Source: an uncultured bacterium
GTDB taxonomy: Bacteria; Babelota; Babeliae; Babelales; Vermiphilaceae
Length of the DNA: 64,000 nucleotides
Direction of reading: 5' to 3'
Assembly (NCBI GenBank): GCA_963707655.1
Contig: OY970172.1
Location: 448,001 to 512,000, forward strand
Numbering within the stretch: the stretch's first letter is position 1; the number at the start of each line of letters is the position of its first letter. The position numbers were made by a program, and so were the translations under genes. Below, piece after piece: positions 13,632 through 25,114 of the stretch. The notes beneath the pieces were generated by a model that ran no database searches, was not told where the DNA came from, and saw nothing but the letters and a program-made list of their open reading frames with translations.

Positions 13632-13883
13632 TTAACGGTGAGGACACCCGGGCCAACAGCATGGTCGTCGCTTTCCATTTTTAAGGCTTGAACAGCCCCA
13701 CTTGATCCGGTGACTTCTAGTTTCTGATTTTTTAGCTGATTCAATCCAACATATCCACTCATTGCGCGCGAGTGCCGTGATATCCTCCCACATTGCTAAT
13801 GCCTTCGGGTTGGCTATAAGCGCTTCTTTCAGATCCGCGGGCAACTCATGTACTATTCCGCTAGCAATATTTTTTTGTGTCAT
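13632..13883 (-). CDS. YdeI/OmpD-associated family protein
   Basis: LPADLKEAL..W..ITALARNEWICWIESAKKSETR..R and RPCCWPGCPHR tail. Confidence 0.8.
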   Translation of the reverse strand: MTQKNIASGIVHELPADLKEALIANPKALAMWEDITALARNEWICWIESAKKSETRSHRIKWGCSSLKNGKRRPCCWPGCPHR

Positions 13884-14323
13884 GGATCATGTAACCATAA
13901 TTAAGAATCTGTTTGTAATTTTTTAATAAATATAGTTATTAATATAATATCAATGCAATAGATTTGCAATGTGCCGTACTGGTATACACGGAGTGTCTAT
14001 TTATGGGGAGTCTTATCACCGCTGTAGGAAAACTTTAATAATACATAGCGAAGACGGGCCGGCCTCTTTACCTGTATCATATAAATAACCCCCCCTTCTT
14101 TCAGACCCTCTGATCACCAACGCTAACCGGATTGTTATCAAGCATCGTTACTATCGTGCTTTCTGATGCTCACAACTTCTCTGGCTCACTATTCAAGATG
14201 TCGACAGTTGTCGATATTTTGCTTATACTATCCATGTCATTCACTTTTATACCGCTCCTTTGTTAATATTTCTCTTAGCATTTAAGGGATGGTGTTATAC
14301 ATTTTTTCATATAGGTTGTTATT

Positions 14324-16193
14324 ATGAACAATAAAAAAGGCAAAAAAAATCAATTTTTTAATGGCGGACCGGGCAATATGTTTCTGTTGGCAATTATCTT
14401 TCTTGCCGGCATTGTACTGCTCGCCAAAATGACTGAATTCACCCGCCATACTAAAACTCTCGCCTATTCGGAATTTTTAGAAAAAGTTGAGCGCAACGAA
14501 GTCAAAGAGGTTCAGTTAGTTGGTCAAGATGTCTATGGCATTCTTGCCGATGATAGCCGCTTTGAGGCAACAGTAGCCAATAACCCAAACGATTTAGAGC
14601 TCTTAAAAAAGCATAACGTAAAGATGTCGGTGGTCAGTGCTGCCAGTCAAAACTTCTTATGGTATTTACTCCCCTTCATTGGACTCTTGCTTGCCTTGGG
14701 CGCAGCGGTCTGGTTCTTTATTAAGCAGACCAGAGGTAGCGGCAACGGCAATGGCAACAATACTATTTTTACTATGGGTAAAAGCCGTGCTCGTTTGTAT
14801 ATGCCCTCGACCATTAAAGAAAAATTTAGCTCCGTAGCCGGAGCCGCAGAGGCAAAAGAAGAGCTGCAGGATGTGGTAGAATTCTTGAAAAACCCTGAAA
14901 GATATCAGTCGCTTGGGAGCAAAAATTACCCGCGGCGTATTATTGGTGGGTGAGCCAGGAAATGGTAAAACATTGTTGGCAAAAGCGGTTGCCGGTGAAG
15001 CAAATTGCCCATTCTTCAGCATTAGTGGATCAGATTTTATAGAAGTTTTTGTGGGCGTTGGTGCTTCTCGTGTGCGTGATTTATTTGCACAGGCGCGCAA
15101 ACAATCCCCCTGCATCATCTTTATAGATGAAATTGATGCAGTCGGCCGCCAGCGCGGTGCCGGATTGGGTGGTGGTCATGATGAGCGTGAGCAGACCCTG
15201 AACCAGTTATTAACAGAAATGGATGGCTTTCAAACCATCGGTGGATCAGTCATCGTTATAGCGGCGACCAACAGACCTGATGTTCTTGATAAAGCACTGT
15301 TGCGCCCCGGCAGATTTGATCGCCAAGTGATAGTACCGTATCCCGATGCAAAAAGCAGAGAACAAATCTTACGTCTTCATGCACAGGACATTAAACTTGC
15401 TTCTGATGTTGATTTTGAAAAACTTGCCCGCGCTACTCCCGGATTTACCGGTGCCGATTTAGCTAATTTGCTTAATGAAGCAGCGCTTCAGGCATCAAAA
15501 AACCCTAACAAGCAGCTGGTTACCGAAGCAGACATTGAAGAGGCCCGTGATAAAGCGATTATGGGTAAAAAATGGCAAACAAAGGTGATGACCGAAGAAG
15601 ACAAGCGGGTTACAGCGTATCATGAGGCAGGACATACCCTGATGATTGTTATGCAACCCGATTGTACCGACCAACTGCACAAAGTAACCATTTTGCCTCG
15701 TGGTAACTCATTGGGCTCAACCCACCCGCTCCCTGAAAAAGAGAAATTTACTGATTCCAAAGAGCAAAAACTTGCTACCATCAGAATCGCTTTGGGTGGA
15801 CGTGTCGCAGAAGAACTTGCATGCAATATTAAAGGCAGCGGCGCATACAGTGATTTTAAAAAAGCAACCGAACTCGCCCGTCGCATGGTATGCTTGTATG
15901 GCATGAGTGATGAAATGGGTACGGTGGTTTATAGCCAAGAAGAAGGCGCATATCAATATTCCCCAAACATAGCGTCAAAAATAGATGCTGCAGTTGAAAA
16001 GATGATGAATCAGTGTATGCAAGAGACCAAGGATCTTTTAATACAGAACCGCGACAAGCTGGAAATTGTGGCGCAAGCCCTTTTAGAGCGTGAGACTCTT
16101 GATAAAAAAGATATTTACGCCCTTTTAGCTATCAAGGAGCCGGCTCAAGAGCAAGAATCTGCTTCAACTATGGAGAGTCAACCGACAGCGTAG
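14324..16193 (+). CDS. ftsH: ATP-dependent zinc metalloprotease FtsH, frameshift at ~14915
   Basis: Two TM segments, [48 protein letters not shown] and HEAGH. Confidence 0.95.
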
Positions 16194-16336
16194 GGCTAAA
16201 TGCTCCCCTGGGAATGAGGGGGGTGACAATGGATTTGATAGAAATTGTGGAAAAAACACTATTACATTTGAAAAAAATGACTTTTTTAGTACACTAGAGA
16301 AGTAAATAGATTTTTCGATTGAAAGGATAAACATCA

Positions 16337-16540
16337 ATGGCAAGAGTGTGTGCGGTGTGTGATAAAGGACCGCAAGTTTCAAACTTAGTGAGCCACGCTA
16401 ACAACAGAGTGAAGCGATGGGTGTATCCTAACGTGCATCGTATGCGTTTCATAGAAACAGATGATGTTAAATGCAGGGTGCAACAGGCTAAGGTCTGCAC
16501 TAAATGTGTTAAAGCTGGCAAAGTAAAAAAAGTTGTATAA
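16337..16540 (+). CDS. rpmB: 50S ribosomal protein L28
   Basis: MARVCAVCDK..VSHANNRVKRWVYPN..CTKC. Confidence 0.95.
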   Translation: MARVCAVCDKGPQVSNLVSHANNRVKRWVYPNVHRMRFIETDDVKCRVQQAKVCTKCVKAGKVKKVV

Positions 16541-16560
16541 ATTAGATCAAGGTTTTATCG

Positions 16561-16863
16561 ATGGCCAATATTAAATCTGCCAAGAAACAAGCAAAACAAA
16601 GCGAACAAAGAAGAAAGATTAATCTTTCTCGTAAAACAGCGATCAAAACAGCAGTTAAAAAATTATTGACTGAGATTGCCAATAGCGATGTTACCAAAGC
16701 TCAAGAAGCGCTCAAAGATGTTGAAGCAAAATTAGCGCGCGCTAAAGGTAAAAGTGTTATGCACAAAAATACCGTTGCACGCAAAGTGAGCCGTTTGGCA
16801 AAACGCGTTGCTGCAACAAAAAAAAGCTGCCACAAAGACAAAGTAAGCTTTTTGTTACGATAA
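16561..16863 (+). CDS. rpsT: 30S ribosomal protein S20 (true end possibly ~16846 if the A-run has one extra base)
   Basis: MANIKSAKK..HKNTVARKVSRL. Confidence 0.95.
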   Translation: MANIKSAKKQAKQSEQRRKINLSRKTAIKTAVKKLLTEIANSDVTKAQEALKDVEAKLARAKGKSVMHKNTVARKVSRLAKRVAATKKSCHKDKVSFLLR

Positions 16864-16869
16864 CATTGA

Positions 16870-16906
16870 AGAGCAGGACTTTTAAAAAAGTTCTGCTCTT
16901 TTTTTT
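16870..16906 (+). terminator. Terminator after rpmB-rpsT
   Basis: agagcaggact..agttctgctct stem followed by a T-run. Confidence 0.7.
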
Positions 16907-17129
16907 GTGCAAAAATAATCAACGATTGACTTTGTGTATTGAAGGTAGTTTAAAGTGAAAAGCCCCTCTTATTATCGCTGATAAAAGGGGCTTTGTTTTT
17001 TTAATACACTTCTCTTGTGATTGCCTTCAAAATTAAACAGATCCTGAATAGATATTTGTTTTCGTGCAAGATCGGTGCTACGATGAGTCGATAATTTTCA
17101 TTATTTGTTTAAAGACTAAGGAGCAAACC

Positions 17130-17576
17130 ATGTCTTTTAAGCGTTTATTTATCACATTAACCTGTGTTGTCTCACTTTCATTGGCTGCGCATGAGGGTGA
17201 AAAAGAAGCACAATGGGGTAAGTTTGTACAAAAATATGGCGCATCGCTTGCCTTGGGCACTGCAATTGGGGCCGCCTCCGGAACCGCTTGTTTTCACATG
17301 GATCAATTGATTCCTTTTCCCATCGATTGGTCTTTATGGTACGCAATCCGCTGGCAAACGATCTCTTCATGCGAAGAGACTCTGCGCGAAGCCGATATAG
17401 AATTTGATGCCGGCGTTGTTGAAAATAGCGCCTGGGCAGCCGCATGGCTTTCCTATTTTACGGTGAATGCCCACTATGCATGCAACCCCGTAGAAAAAGT
17501 TTTTGCCCCCATAGAAAAAGTTTTTGCGCCCATAGAAAAAGTTTTGATCTTCTGTAAGGATTTGGAAAATATTTGA
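17130..17576 (+). CDS. Hypothetical signal-peptide/membrane protein
   Basis: aaggag RBS, N-terminal signal peptide, C-terminal 21-bp tandem repeat (P[V/I]EKVFA). Confidence 0.7.
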   Translation: MSFKRLFITLTCVVSLSLAAHEGEKEAQWGKFVQKYGASLALGTAIGAASGTACFHMDQLIPFPIDWSLWYAIRWQTISSCEETLREADIEFDAGVVENSAWAAAWLSYFTVNAHYACNPVEKVFAPIEKVFAPIEKVLIFCKDLENI

Positions 17577-17578
17577 TA

Positions 17579-19297
17579 TCAATAAGCTTTTTTATATTTA
17601 ATTAAAAAGTTTTTGGCAATATCGGTGGCAACGCGGGCAGTGCCTGCATGCTCAACTAAAATTACCAGCGTAAGTGGTCGGTGATCTTTGTATTTAAAGT
17701 AGGCCACGAACCAACCATGTTCCAAATATATACTGCCCATGCAGCGCTTGTTATAGGTGCTCGTTTGGGCAGTACTTGTTTTTGCGTATAGTTCTATATC
17801 TTTAATTTTAGCCCCTCTGCCGGTACCGTCTTCTACCACGTAGCGCATTGCTTCTTGCAAAAACTCTCGTGTACTTTGAGCAATAGCCAAGGGTTGTTTA
17901 ACGATCGGCTCATTCATGAGTATGCGCGGCGTTACCAAATAGCCGGTAAAAATGCTCGCAATCATGCGGGCCACCTGAATTGGCGTTACCAATAAATAAC
18001 TTTGACCGATAGCGGCAGATAATGTCTCTCCCGGCCACCAGCGTTCACCCTTTGTTTGCAGTTTCCAACGCATTGAAGGAATAAGGCCTGTTTTTTCCGG
18101 GAAAATAATATTGGTCGGTTGGCCAAGACCAAACCTGTGCGCGTAATCTGCCAACAAATCAATGGGTATCTGTTTGCCTATCTCAAAGAACATGGCATTG
18201 CATGATTTGACCAACCCCGAATGCAAGGAAAGCTTTCCATGACCATCTCGATTACTGCAATGGTACTGACGATTGGCGAAAGATACATGACCCTTACAGT
18301 ACCATGTTGCATCGGGCTGTATAATGCCCTGCTCGAGTGCGGCACTCGTAGTGACTAATTTAAAAATAGATCCGGGTGGATACGATGCATTAAAGGCACG
18401 GTTTAAAAAGAGCTGTTTTTCTTGTAATTGTTGCCAACTTTCTTTTTTCATATGTTCTAAAAACAATGCCGGATCAAAATTGGGGCGTGAAACAATACCA
18501 AGAAGATCCCCATCATGTGAATCCATAACAATAAAGGTACCGCTATACTCTTGAGGAAATACTTCTTCCAGCATCTGCTGCAATTCAATATTGATGGTAA
18601 TTTTAATATTATTACCGGCAAGCGATTGTTTTATTTCTTGCTGATCCAAATGTCTGCCCAAAGAGTTAATCGTATTAAGGATAACCCCCTGCTCCCCTTG
18701 CAGCATATTTTCAAAAAGCTGTTCCAATCCCATCTTGCCAACCGCTTTTAATTCAAAATTCCCCAAATAGCCCACAATATGACTTGCGTATGAATGAAAG
18801 GGATAAAAACGTTTAAAGCTGCTCCGCAGCAGAATATTGGGATTACCTGAGCATTGTTCTTCAATTTTGCAAATATGCTCAAAAGGCATATCAAGTGCAA
18901 GCGGAATTGCCTTGTGCCGTTTTTCGCCCAATTTTATGGTATGCATGAGCGGTTCATTGCTCATAATAGGGGTGCCAAGAATATTTTCAAGACGTTTTAA
19001 TGTTTCACATTGATCAACGCTTATGCTGTTTTTTCCGCTCCCCTGCCAATAAAGGTCTATGGTTGGGCGGTTTGTCGCCAAGAAAAGGCCATTTCTATCA
19101 AGAATGTTGCCGCGGGGAGAAGGTATTTTTTCTGTGCGCAGAAAGTTTTTCTTACTTTGAATTGAAAAAAAATCACTCAACGTAATCTGCAAATAAAAAA
19201 GACGTAAAACAATAATGCTGCTTAAAATACAAACGACAATGATAATTTTTACTATTTTATTGCTGGGGTTCGGCCAGATAATTTGCATGGGCGCCAA
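17579..19297 (-). CDS. mrdA: Penicillin-binding protein 2 (class B)
   Basis: RLFYLQI, RGNILDRNG, PGSIFK (SxxK), SCN (SxN), KTS(KTG-like)TAQ. Confidence 0.9.
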   Translation of the reverse strand: MAPMQIIWPNPSNKIVKIIIVVCILSSIIVLRLFYLQITLSDFFSIQSKKNFLRTEKIPSPRGNILDRNGLFLATNRPTIDLYWQGSGKNSISVDQCETLKRLENILGTPIMSNEPLMHTIKLGEKRHKAIPLALDMPFEHICKIEEQCSGNPNILLRSSFKRFYPFHSYASHIVGYLGNFELKAVGKMGLEQLFENMLQGEQGVILNTINSLGRHLDQQEIKQSLAGNNIKITINIELQQMLEEVFPQEYSGTFIVMDSHDGDLLGIVSRPNFDPALFLEHMKKESWQQLQEKQLFLNRAFNASYPPGSIFKLVTTSAALEQGIIQPDATWYCKGHVSFANRQYHCSNRDGHGKLSLHSGLVKSCNAMFFEIGKQIPIDLLADYAHRFGLGQPTNIIFPEKTGLIPSMRWKLQTKGERWWPGETLSAAIGQSYLLVTPIQVARMIASIFTGYLVTPRILMNEPIVKQPLAIAQSTREFLQEAMRYVVEDGTGRGAKIKDIELYAKTSTAQTSTYNKRCMGSIYLEHGWFVAYFKYKDHRPLTLVILVEHAGTARVATDIAKNFLIKYKKAY

Positions 19298-19309
19298 TCG
19301 ACATCGTAA

Positions 19310-20273
19310 TTAAGTAATTTTTTTTGGATTTAAGCTGTCGTTTATTGGATGAATATTCTCACATAAATCAGCCAAATCTTCAAGAGACACATGGGTATAC
19401 TTTTCCGTGCTCGATAATGTTTTGTGACCCAAAAGCTCTTGCACAACGCGAAGGTCTGCCCCTTGATTAAGGAGATGAGTAGCAAATGAATGACGTATTT
19501 TATGCGGAGTAATAGGACGCTCTACCTTTAAGAAATTTTCTAAAATGTTCGCAAATTCTTTGAATGCTTCGTGCAGTAAGCGGTTGATAACGGCAGTTTA
19601 AAAAGAGTTTTTCTTCACCGTCGCGCACCAATGAGCGTTCTTGAGCTAAATAATCGGTTATTCGTTGATGTGCCTTTTGGCCAAAGAGAACGATCCGTTC
19701 TTTATTTCCCTTCCCCATTATTCTGATTGTTTTTTCATGCATATCAATGTCTTTAATGCTGATGTTAATCAACTCGGAGCAGCGAATGCCGGTTGCGTAG
19801 AGCAATTCTAAAATTGCTTTGTCGCGTATTGGATTGCGGGTGAGTAGATCAGCATTGCTTACCGAATCAAGAAGATAAAATATCTCATCAACACTGAGAT
19901 AAATGGGTAATTTTTTATCCAGCCGAGGACGTTGTAATTTTAAACTGAGGGTTATCCCTTGTGAGCGTAAAAATTTTTCAAATGATTTAAAGCAAGAAAA
20001 TTTACGGGCAATTGAACTTTTATCTATTTTTTTGTAAAACAAACTCATCAGATAACGTTCGATCATCTGACGCAATGATAAATGCTCTTTATTATCTTCA
20101 GGTGATGATTCCCAAAAGAAAATGAATTGTTCCAAATCACTTTCGTATGCTTTTCTGGTATTGACCGCGAGATTTTTTTCTACGGTGAGATACTGTATAA
20201 ATTCTTTTTTCTTATCTTTAAATTGAGACAATGAAAAAGAATTGTCTGGCGCGGTTTCTTGTTTTATATTCAT
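19310..20273 (-). CDS. xerC: Tyrosine recombinase XerC/XerD, frameshift at ~19528
   Basis: [19 protein letters not shown] and GKGNKER. The next frame gives [36 protein letters not shown], ending at 19310. Confidence 0.85.
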
Positions 20274-20368
20274 ATACCGTATCCCTTTTTGAGAAATTGC
20301 ATGACTTGTATATACCTATTATACTGATTCATAATATTTTCACCCCAATTATAACAAGTCTGCCCGGC

Positions 20369-20797
20369 ATGGCCCATACAATTGAACAATTACTCGATAA
20401 AATTCTTGCATCTGATGAGAGTTGGCACCATATGCTTATTCGCAATTGGCACACTGTCATCGGCGCATTGCACAACAAGGTGCAACTTGAAAAAATAGAA
20501 GATGATATGCTCTTTTTAGGAGTCTATGACGCATGCTGGATGCAGGAATTATATCTTTTAACCCCACTGCTGTTGCGTACCATTAATCAAAAGCTAGACC
20601 GCCCGCGCATAAAACAGCTACGCTTTAAAATGGTAGGCAAACAGAAAGCAAAAAAAATTACATCAAGCGCCCCGCCCAAAGCTGAGAAAGTGGTGGTGCT
20701 GAACAGGCGCGAGCTAGAAGCATTAAAAAACGTAGACGATCCGCAACTACAAGAGGCATTGAAGCGATTTTTAATTCGCTGTTATCAGGAGAAGTAA
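20369..20797 (+). CDS. DUF721/DciA family protein
   Basis: W..VIG..L.LGV...W.QEL..L...L...INQ..I..LRF pattern. Confidence 0.75.
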   Translation: MAHTIEQLLDKILASDESWHHMLIRNWHTVIGALHNKVQLEKIEDDMLFLGVYDACWMQELYLLTPLLLRTINQKLDRPRIKQLRFKMVGKQKAKKITSSAPPKAEKVVVLNRRELEALKNVDDPQLQEALKRFLIRCYQEK

Positions 20798-22437
20798 TGA
20801 AAAACGTAGTAAGAAGCATTTTTTTGATAAGCACCCTAACTCTTGTTGCAACGGATAAAGAAAGCATACATCGCTATGTATGGGCCAATTATCAGCAATA
20901 TAAAAACAATCTTCCTCAAGCAAAACAACTCTACGAAGCGTTACTCAAAAAAGAAAATTCTCCCTATGCATATAAAGGGTACATTCATCTATTACAGGAA
21001 GGCAACCTGTGGCAACCCATTGCTCAGCTCATTCCCAGCCTTGATAGCACATTTGCCGATGATCTTGAAATGCAGATGATTTTTGCACAGGCATTGGAGA
21101 ACACCGGTGACCATAGCGGCTGTGATGAACGTTTAATAAAAATTAATGAGAAGCATAAAAACAATCAGGATATCGCTTTTGCTACGGTACAGTGCTATAT
21201 TCGCCGCAAGGAGCCGGAAAATGCTTTGCGGGTGATTAACGATTTTCTTAACAGCGTGCCGAGTAGGCCAAATAATTTTGTTTTTTATTTTATCAAATCA
21301 CAAATCTACGTGCAGCTGAATAAAAAAAGTGAGGCACTTGAATCGGTAAAAAAGAGCATTGAGCTCTATCCTAAGTTTGATAAAAGTTGGCTCATGTTTG
21401 CCATTCTTGAAGAGCAAGCGGGACAGATTGAGCAAGCCATTAAAGGTTATTCGCATTTCTTGGAAGAAACAAAAGAAGGCGCTGAAGCAGTTAAAAAACA
21501 TCTCATGGAACTCGCCTTAAAACATGAGGTGAAGGTACCTGACAAGAAGTCAGACACCAAAATTTCTTCTTTTGAACAGGCGCTTGTCTGCGCGCACGGT
21601 AAAGAGCATGACAAAGCGTTGGGATTGGTTGAAAATTGCCTGAAGCAAAAGCCGGATAACATGCAGTATCGCTTATTTAAACTAGATATGCTTGCAGCAC
21701 TTAAAAAGCATGATGCTCTGCTCAATGTATTAAAAGGGTGGATCCTTGAAGTTCCCTCGCATGATTTTTGGTACAACACATTGCATATAGCGACGAGGCA
21801 AAGCGCCAGTCTGCAGGGAGCTATTGATATTCTCAGGCATGTTGAATCAAAAGATCCAACCAATGTATTGCCTGTTTTATATCTTGCTGATTTATATATT
21901 CGTGCGAAAAAAGAATCAATGGCATTATCGTATTTAAAAAAAGCACTGAATCTTACGAGTAATAAAGAAACTAAGGCAAAAATTTTGTATCAAACGGCGC
22001 TCATCTATTATGATAAACGTCAGTTTCAACTCATGAAAAAAACATTGCTCACTGCGCAGCGATTACAAGCATCATTTTTGCCACCGTTAAACTTGTTGGC
22101 CTATCATTACGCGAGTAAAGAAAATCATGCCGATAAGGCATTGGCATTAATAGAACAGGTGGTGAGCAAAGACAGCACCAATCCCCATTATCTTGATACG
22201 AAAGCTTTTGTTCTGTATAAAAAAGGTGATTATGCGGGTGCAATAGCTATTTTAGAAAAAATCGTTGACCAGGCTCCCAAAGATGTTACTATTTTACGAC
22301 ATCTGGCAAAGGCATTGAACAAGCAAGGGGAAAAACAAAGGGCACATGCCATGATTCAACAAGCTATGCATCTTGCCGTTCCAATACATGAAAAACAAAA
22401 ATTACAAAGAATAGCTCAACGATGGAACAAAAAATAG
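20797..22437 (+). CDS. Tetratricopeptide-repeat exported protein
   Basis: Signal peptide, helical TPR-like repeats, LNLLAYHYA and NPHYLDTKAFVLYKKG. Confidence 0.85.
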   Translation: MKNVVRSIFLISTLTLVATDKESIHRYVWANYQQYKNNLPQAKQLYEALLKKENSPYAYKGYIHLLQEGNLWQPIAQLIPSLDSTFADDLEMQMIFAQALENTGDHSGCDERLIKINEKHKNNQDIAFATVQCYIRRKEPENALRVINDFLNSVPSRPNNFVFYFIKSQIYVQLNKKSEALESVKKSIELYPKFDKSWLMFAILEEQAGQIEQAIKGYSHFLEETKEGAEAVKKHLMELALKHEVKVPDKKSDTKISSFEQALVCAHGKEHDKALGLVENCLKQKPDNMQYRLFKLDMLAALKKHDALLNVLKGWILEVPSHDFWYNTLHIATRQSASLQGAIDILRHVESKDPTNVLPVLYLADLYIRAKKESMALSYLKKALNLTSNKETKAKILYQTALIYYDKRQFQLMKKTLLTAQRLQASFLPPLNLLAYHYASKENHADKALALIEQVVSKDSTNPHYLDTKAFVLYKKGDYAGAIAILEKIVDQAPKDVTILRHLAKALNKQGEKQRAHAMIQQAMHLAVPIHEKQKLQRIAQRWNKK

Positions 22438-23492
22438 TTACTGCCGCGCATCCGGTTATCTGTTTTGTTGCCGGTAGATCCGGTGGTCATATTATCCCGT
22501 GTTTAACGCGAGCCAGAGAACTGATTAAGCGCTATCCGCAATATCAAATTCTCTTTTTTTCAACACATGTACCACTTGATATGAAAATTATTGGTCAGAG
22601 CGACCTTGTCTGGCAACATGTCTCATTAACGCTAGACAATTTTCCTTATAAAAAAGTGCTGCGCTATCCCCATTTTTTGTGGCAATTCATACGATCATTT
22701 TTTGCAAGTTTATATTGGTTAAAAAAGGCGGCCCCCACACAAGTGATAACCACCGGCGGTTATGTTGCCATTCCCGTCTGTTTAGCAGCGCGATTGTTAA
22801 AAATTCCGGTAGAACTGCAACTGCTCGACTTAGTGCCGGGAAAAGCATTGAGCCTTCTTACACCACTCGCACAGTCGATTGCTATCTGCTTTGAGGAAAG
22901 CACAAAATTTTTGCCAAAAAATAAATGTATGATAACCGATTATCCGGTGCGCTTTAATAAACAAAATAAACAGATGAGTAAAGAGTCTGCACGCGAACTT
23001 TTGCAGCTTGACCAGAAAAAATATCTTATTTTTATTTTGGGCGGTTCACAAGGGTCACTATTTTTAAATAATGTATTCAAAGCATGGCTGGAAAGCAATT
23101 CTGGCATGCATGGCCATATTCAAGTTATCCATCAAACCGGACCGCATGAAACAGATGAATGGCAGCAGTTGTATGCCGCTCACGGCATTACCGCGTTTGT
23201 ATTTGATTATTATCATGAATTACACAACTGTTATCGCGCAGCTGATATTGTCATTTGCCGTGCCGGAGCGGGAACTTTGTTTGAGATTCAATTTTTTGAT
23301 CTACCGTGCATCACCATTCCACTTGAAACCGCCACAACAGCTCATCAGAAAGATAATGCTTTGGCGTTTGCTCAACGCCTACCACATAGAGTTACGGTGC
23401 TCATGCAAACCAATCTTGAGCAAACAAAAGAAAAACTCGCGCAGTTATTAGCCCCTTCTATCATGGCCAGACAAAGTAATCAAATCACTTAA
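22422..23492 (+). CDS. murG: MurG glycosyltransferase
   Basis: AGRSGGHIIP, GGYVAIP, GGSQGS, ICRAGAGT, HQKDNA. Confidence 0.93.
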   Translation: MEQKIVTAAHPVICFVAGRSGGHIIPCLTRARELIKRYPQYQILFFSTHVPLDMKIIGQSDLVWQHVSLTLDNFPYKKVLRYPHFLWQFIRSFFASLYWLKKAAPTQVITTGGYVAIPVCLAARLLKIPVELQLLDLVPGKALSLLTPLAQSIAICFEESTKFLPKNKCMITDYPVRFNKQNKQMSKESARELLQLDQKKYLIFILGGSQGSLFLNNVFKAWLESNSGMHGHIQVIHQTGPHETDEWQQLYAAHGITAFVFDYYHELHNCYRAADIVICRAGAGTLFEIQFFDLPCITIPLETATTAHQKDNALAFAQRLPHRVTVLMQTNLEQTKEKLAQLLAPSIMARQSNQIT

Positions 23493-23507
23493 TAAAAAGG
23501 ATTGTAT

Positions 23508-23828
23508 ATGTTAAAAGCAATGCTCCTCTCTTTAAGTCTAATAACAACCGCCCTGGTTGCGATGAGTGATAGTGATGATGAAGCTGGTTATGTGGGTGAT
23601 ATTGATGATGAACTCGCCACGGAGCCCCTTTCAAAGCAAAGGCCATCCAAAGCAAAAAAAATTACTCGCCCTGGCGCAGCGCCATCCGTTTTTGTAACTC
23701 TGCTACTCCCTGTCGATGCTGATGAAGCGAGCAGACATACGCCGCGCAGAGAACAAAGCACACTTGGCACAATACCAGAAACCGGAATAGAAGAAGAGGA
23801 AGAAGGGTCAACAGAAAAAACAGACTGA
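23508..23828 (+). CDS. Acidic hypothetical secreted protein
   Basis: aagga RBS, signal peptide ending LVA|MSD, low-complexity acidic body. Confidence 0.7.
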   Translation: MLKAMLLSLSLITTALVAMSDSDDEAGYVGDIDDELATEPLSKQRPSKAKKITRPGAAPSVFVTLLLPVDADEASRHTPRREQSTLGTIPETGIEEEEEGSTEKTD

Positions 23829-23839
23829 AAGGATTATCT

Positions 23840-24223
23840 ATGTTAAAAAAAATTATATGTTTATCACTGCTCACCACGTTACCCATAGCATCACGATACA
23901 TTAAACCGACACTGCACAGCGTTCCAGCGTCATACATTGCCATTGCAAAACTATTTCCCGACGCCAATTTGCAGCTTAAATTGAACGATACTATGACCAT
24001 ATTAGATGTTAAACAAACTTGTTTTAAATCGAAAAACAGTTCATGCAAAGGTGCACTCAAAAACATTGATGAACTGATTATAATGCCGGTTCTCTCTGAA
24101 GAAAAAATATGTATACCGCTGCAAGAACTATCTTTGCCAGACGACGCGCTGGTGTGTGAAGTTATACGCTGTTATAAAACAGCAAAATTTCAAGCGCTTA
24201 TTGCCAGTGAAATACCGCAGTAA
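23840..24223 (+). CDS. Hypothetical secreted protein
   Basis: aagga RBS, MLKKIICLSLL signal peptide. Confidence 0.7.
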   Translation: MLKKIICLSLLTTLPIASRYIKPTLHSVPASYIAIAKLFPDANLQLKLNDTMTILDVKQTCFKSKNSSCKGALKNIDELIIMPVLSEEKICIPLQELSLPDDALVCEVIRCYKTAKFQALIASEIPQ

Positions 24224-24253
24224 TACCTATTTTCTAGCAAATCCCCTTTGCTT

Positions 24254-24826
24254 TTATTTTCCGTATACGACGAGTATCTTTTTCCAATCAATAAACACTT
24301 TTTCATAGGTTGTATCAAGAAAGAGAGCAAGTCTATTTACGACTTCGCGTGCATTTTTGTGATTCGATTTTTCAAATAACGGCGCTTTTTCAGAATCTTT
24401 GAATATTTCTTTTATTTTTTTCTGGATATCGCGCAAGTCAGCAAGTCTTTTTTCAACTCTTCCTCTATTTGCATCATTTAGGGCAAATGGCTTTTTGCTG
24501 AATGTTGTTGCATAGAATTCTTTTAAAGAATTAGTTAAATCAGCGCTTGCTTGCCAGAGATCATCAACTTTTTTATTAAGAGAAGATGAAGGAACTTGCT
24601 CTTTAACAAAAGTGCGTATCTCTTTTATCAGATCAAACCATTTATTTGAGTCTTCCGGCTTCATCCGTTCAAGCAGAAGGTTATCTTTACCGAACACAAG
24701 AGTGTGAGTGCTGGTGATTGCCATAAAAAGACTGTCTTTGGTCACTGCGGGTTTAGCTGGTGCGGCGTGGGTTAAAGGGCTGATGCCGGCTAGCACGAGA
24801 GCGAGTGAAATAAGTACTTTATTCAT
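24254..24826 (-). CDS. Hypothetical secreted helical protein
   Basis: aaggag RBS, signal peptide ending THA|A. Confidence 0.75.
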   Translation of the reverse strand: MNKVLISLALVLAGISPLTHAAPAKPAVTKDSLFMAITSTHTLVFGKDNLLLERMKPEDSNKWFDLIKEIRTFVKEQVPSSSLNKKVDDLWQASADLTNSLKEFYATTFSKKPFALNDANRGRVEKRLADLRDIQKKIKEIFKDSEKAPLFEKSNHKNAREVVNRLALFLDTTYEKVFIDWKKILVVYGK

Positions 24827-25114
24827 TATAGAACTCCTTATTTTTCTTTTTTTAATGAAGCATTATTAGACTAACTGAAGTGAATATTAGTTTTCAATAA
24901 AAAATTACCCCTACCGTGTAAGCCCCCACACAATCATTAAGGAAACAGGGCAAAATGGGGTTATACCCCTCACAAACATTTCTATATGAATTTTTATTGA
25001 TTAATTGATAGTTAATAAAATTCATTTTTACAATAATAAAATTGCTATTTTCGTGAAAATCGTTATATTTAGGGGATAAATGGTCAGGTTATATTATAAA
25101 ATGTGAGGATACGA

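Noticed and set aside
13477..13691. ORF-track ORFs overlapping tRNA-Gln
   Set aside because: Translations of the tRNA sequence.
17487..17545. 21-bp tandem repeat (and the 18-bp one at ~62117-62152)
   Set aside because: Short in-frame slippage duplications at protein C-termini with no further structure.
19310..20273. Tyrosine recombinase as the integrase of a mobile element
   Set aside because: XerC/D-like size and motifs, housekeeping neighbours, and no att sites or cargo.
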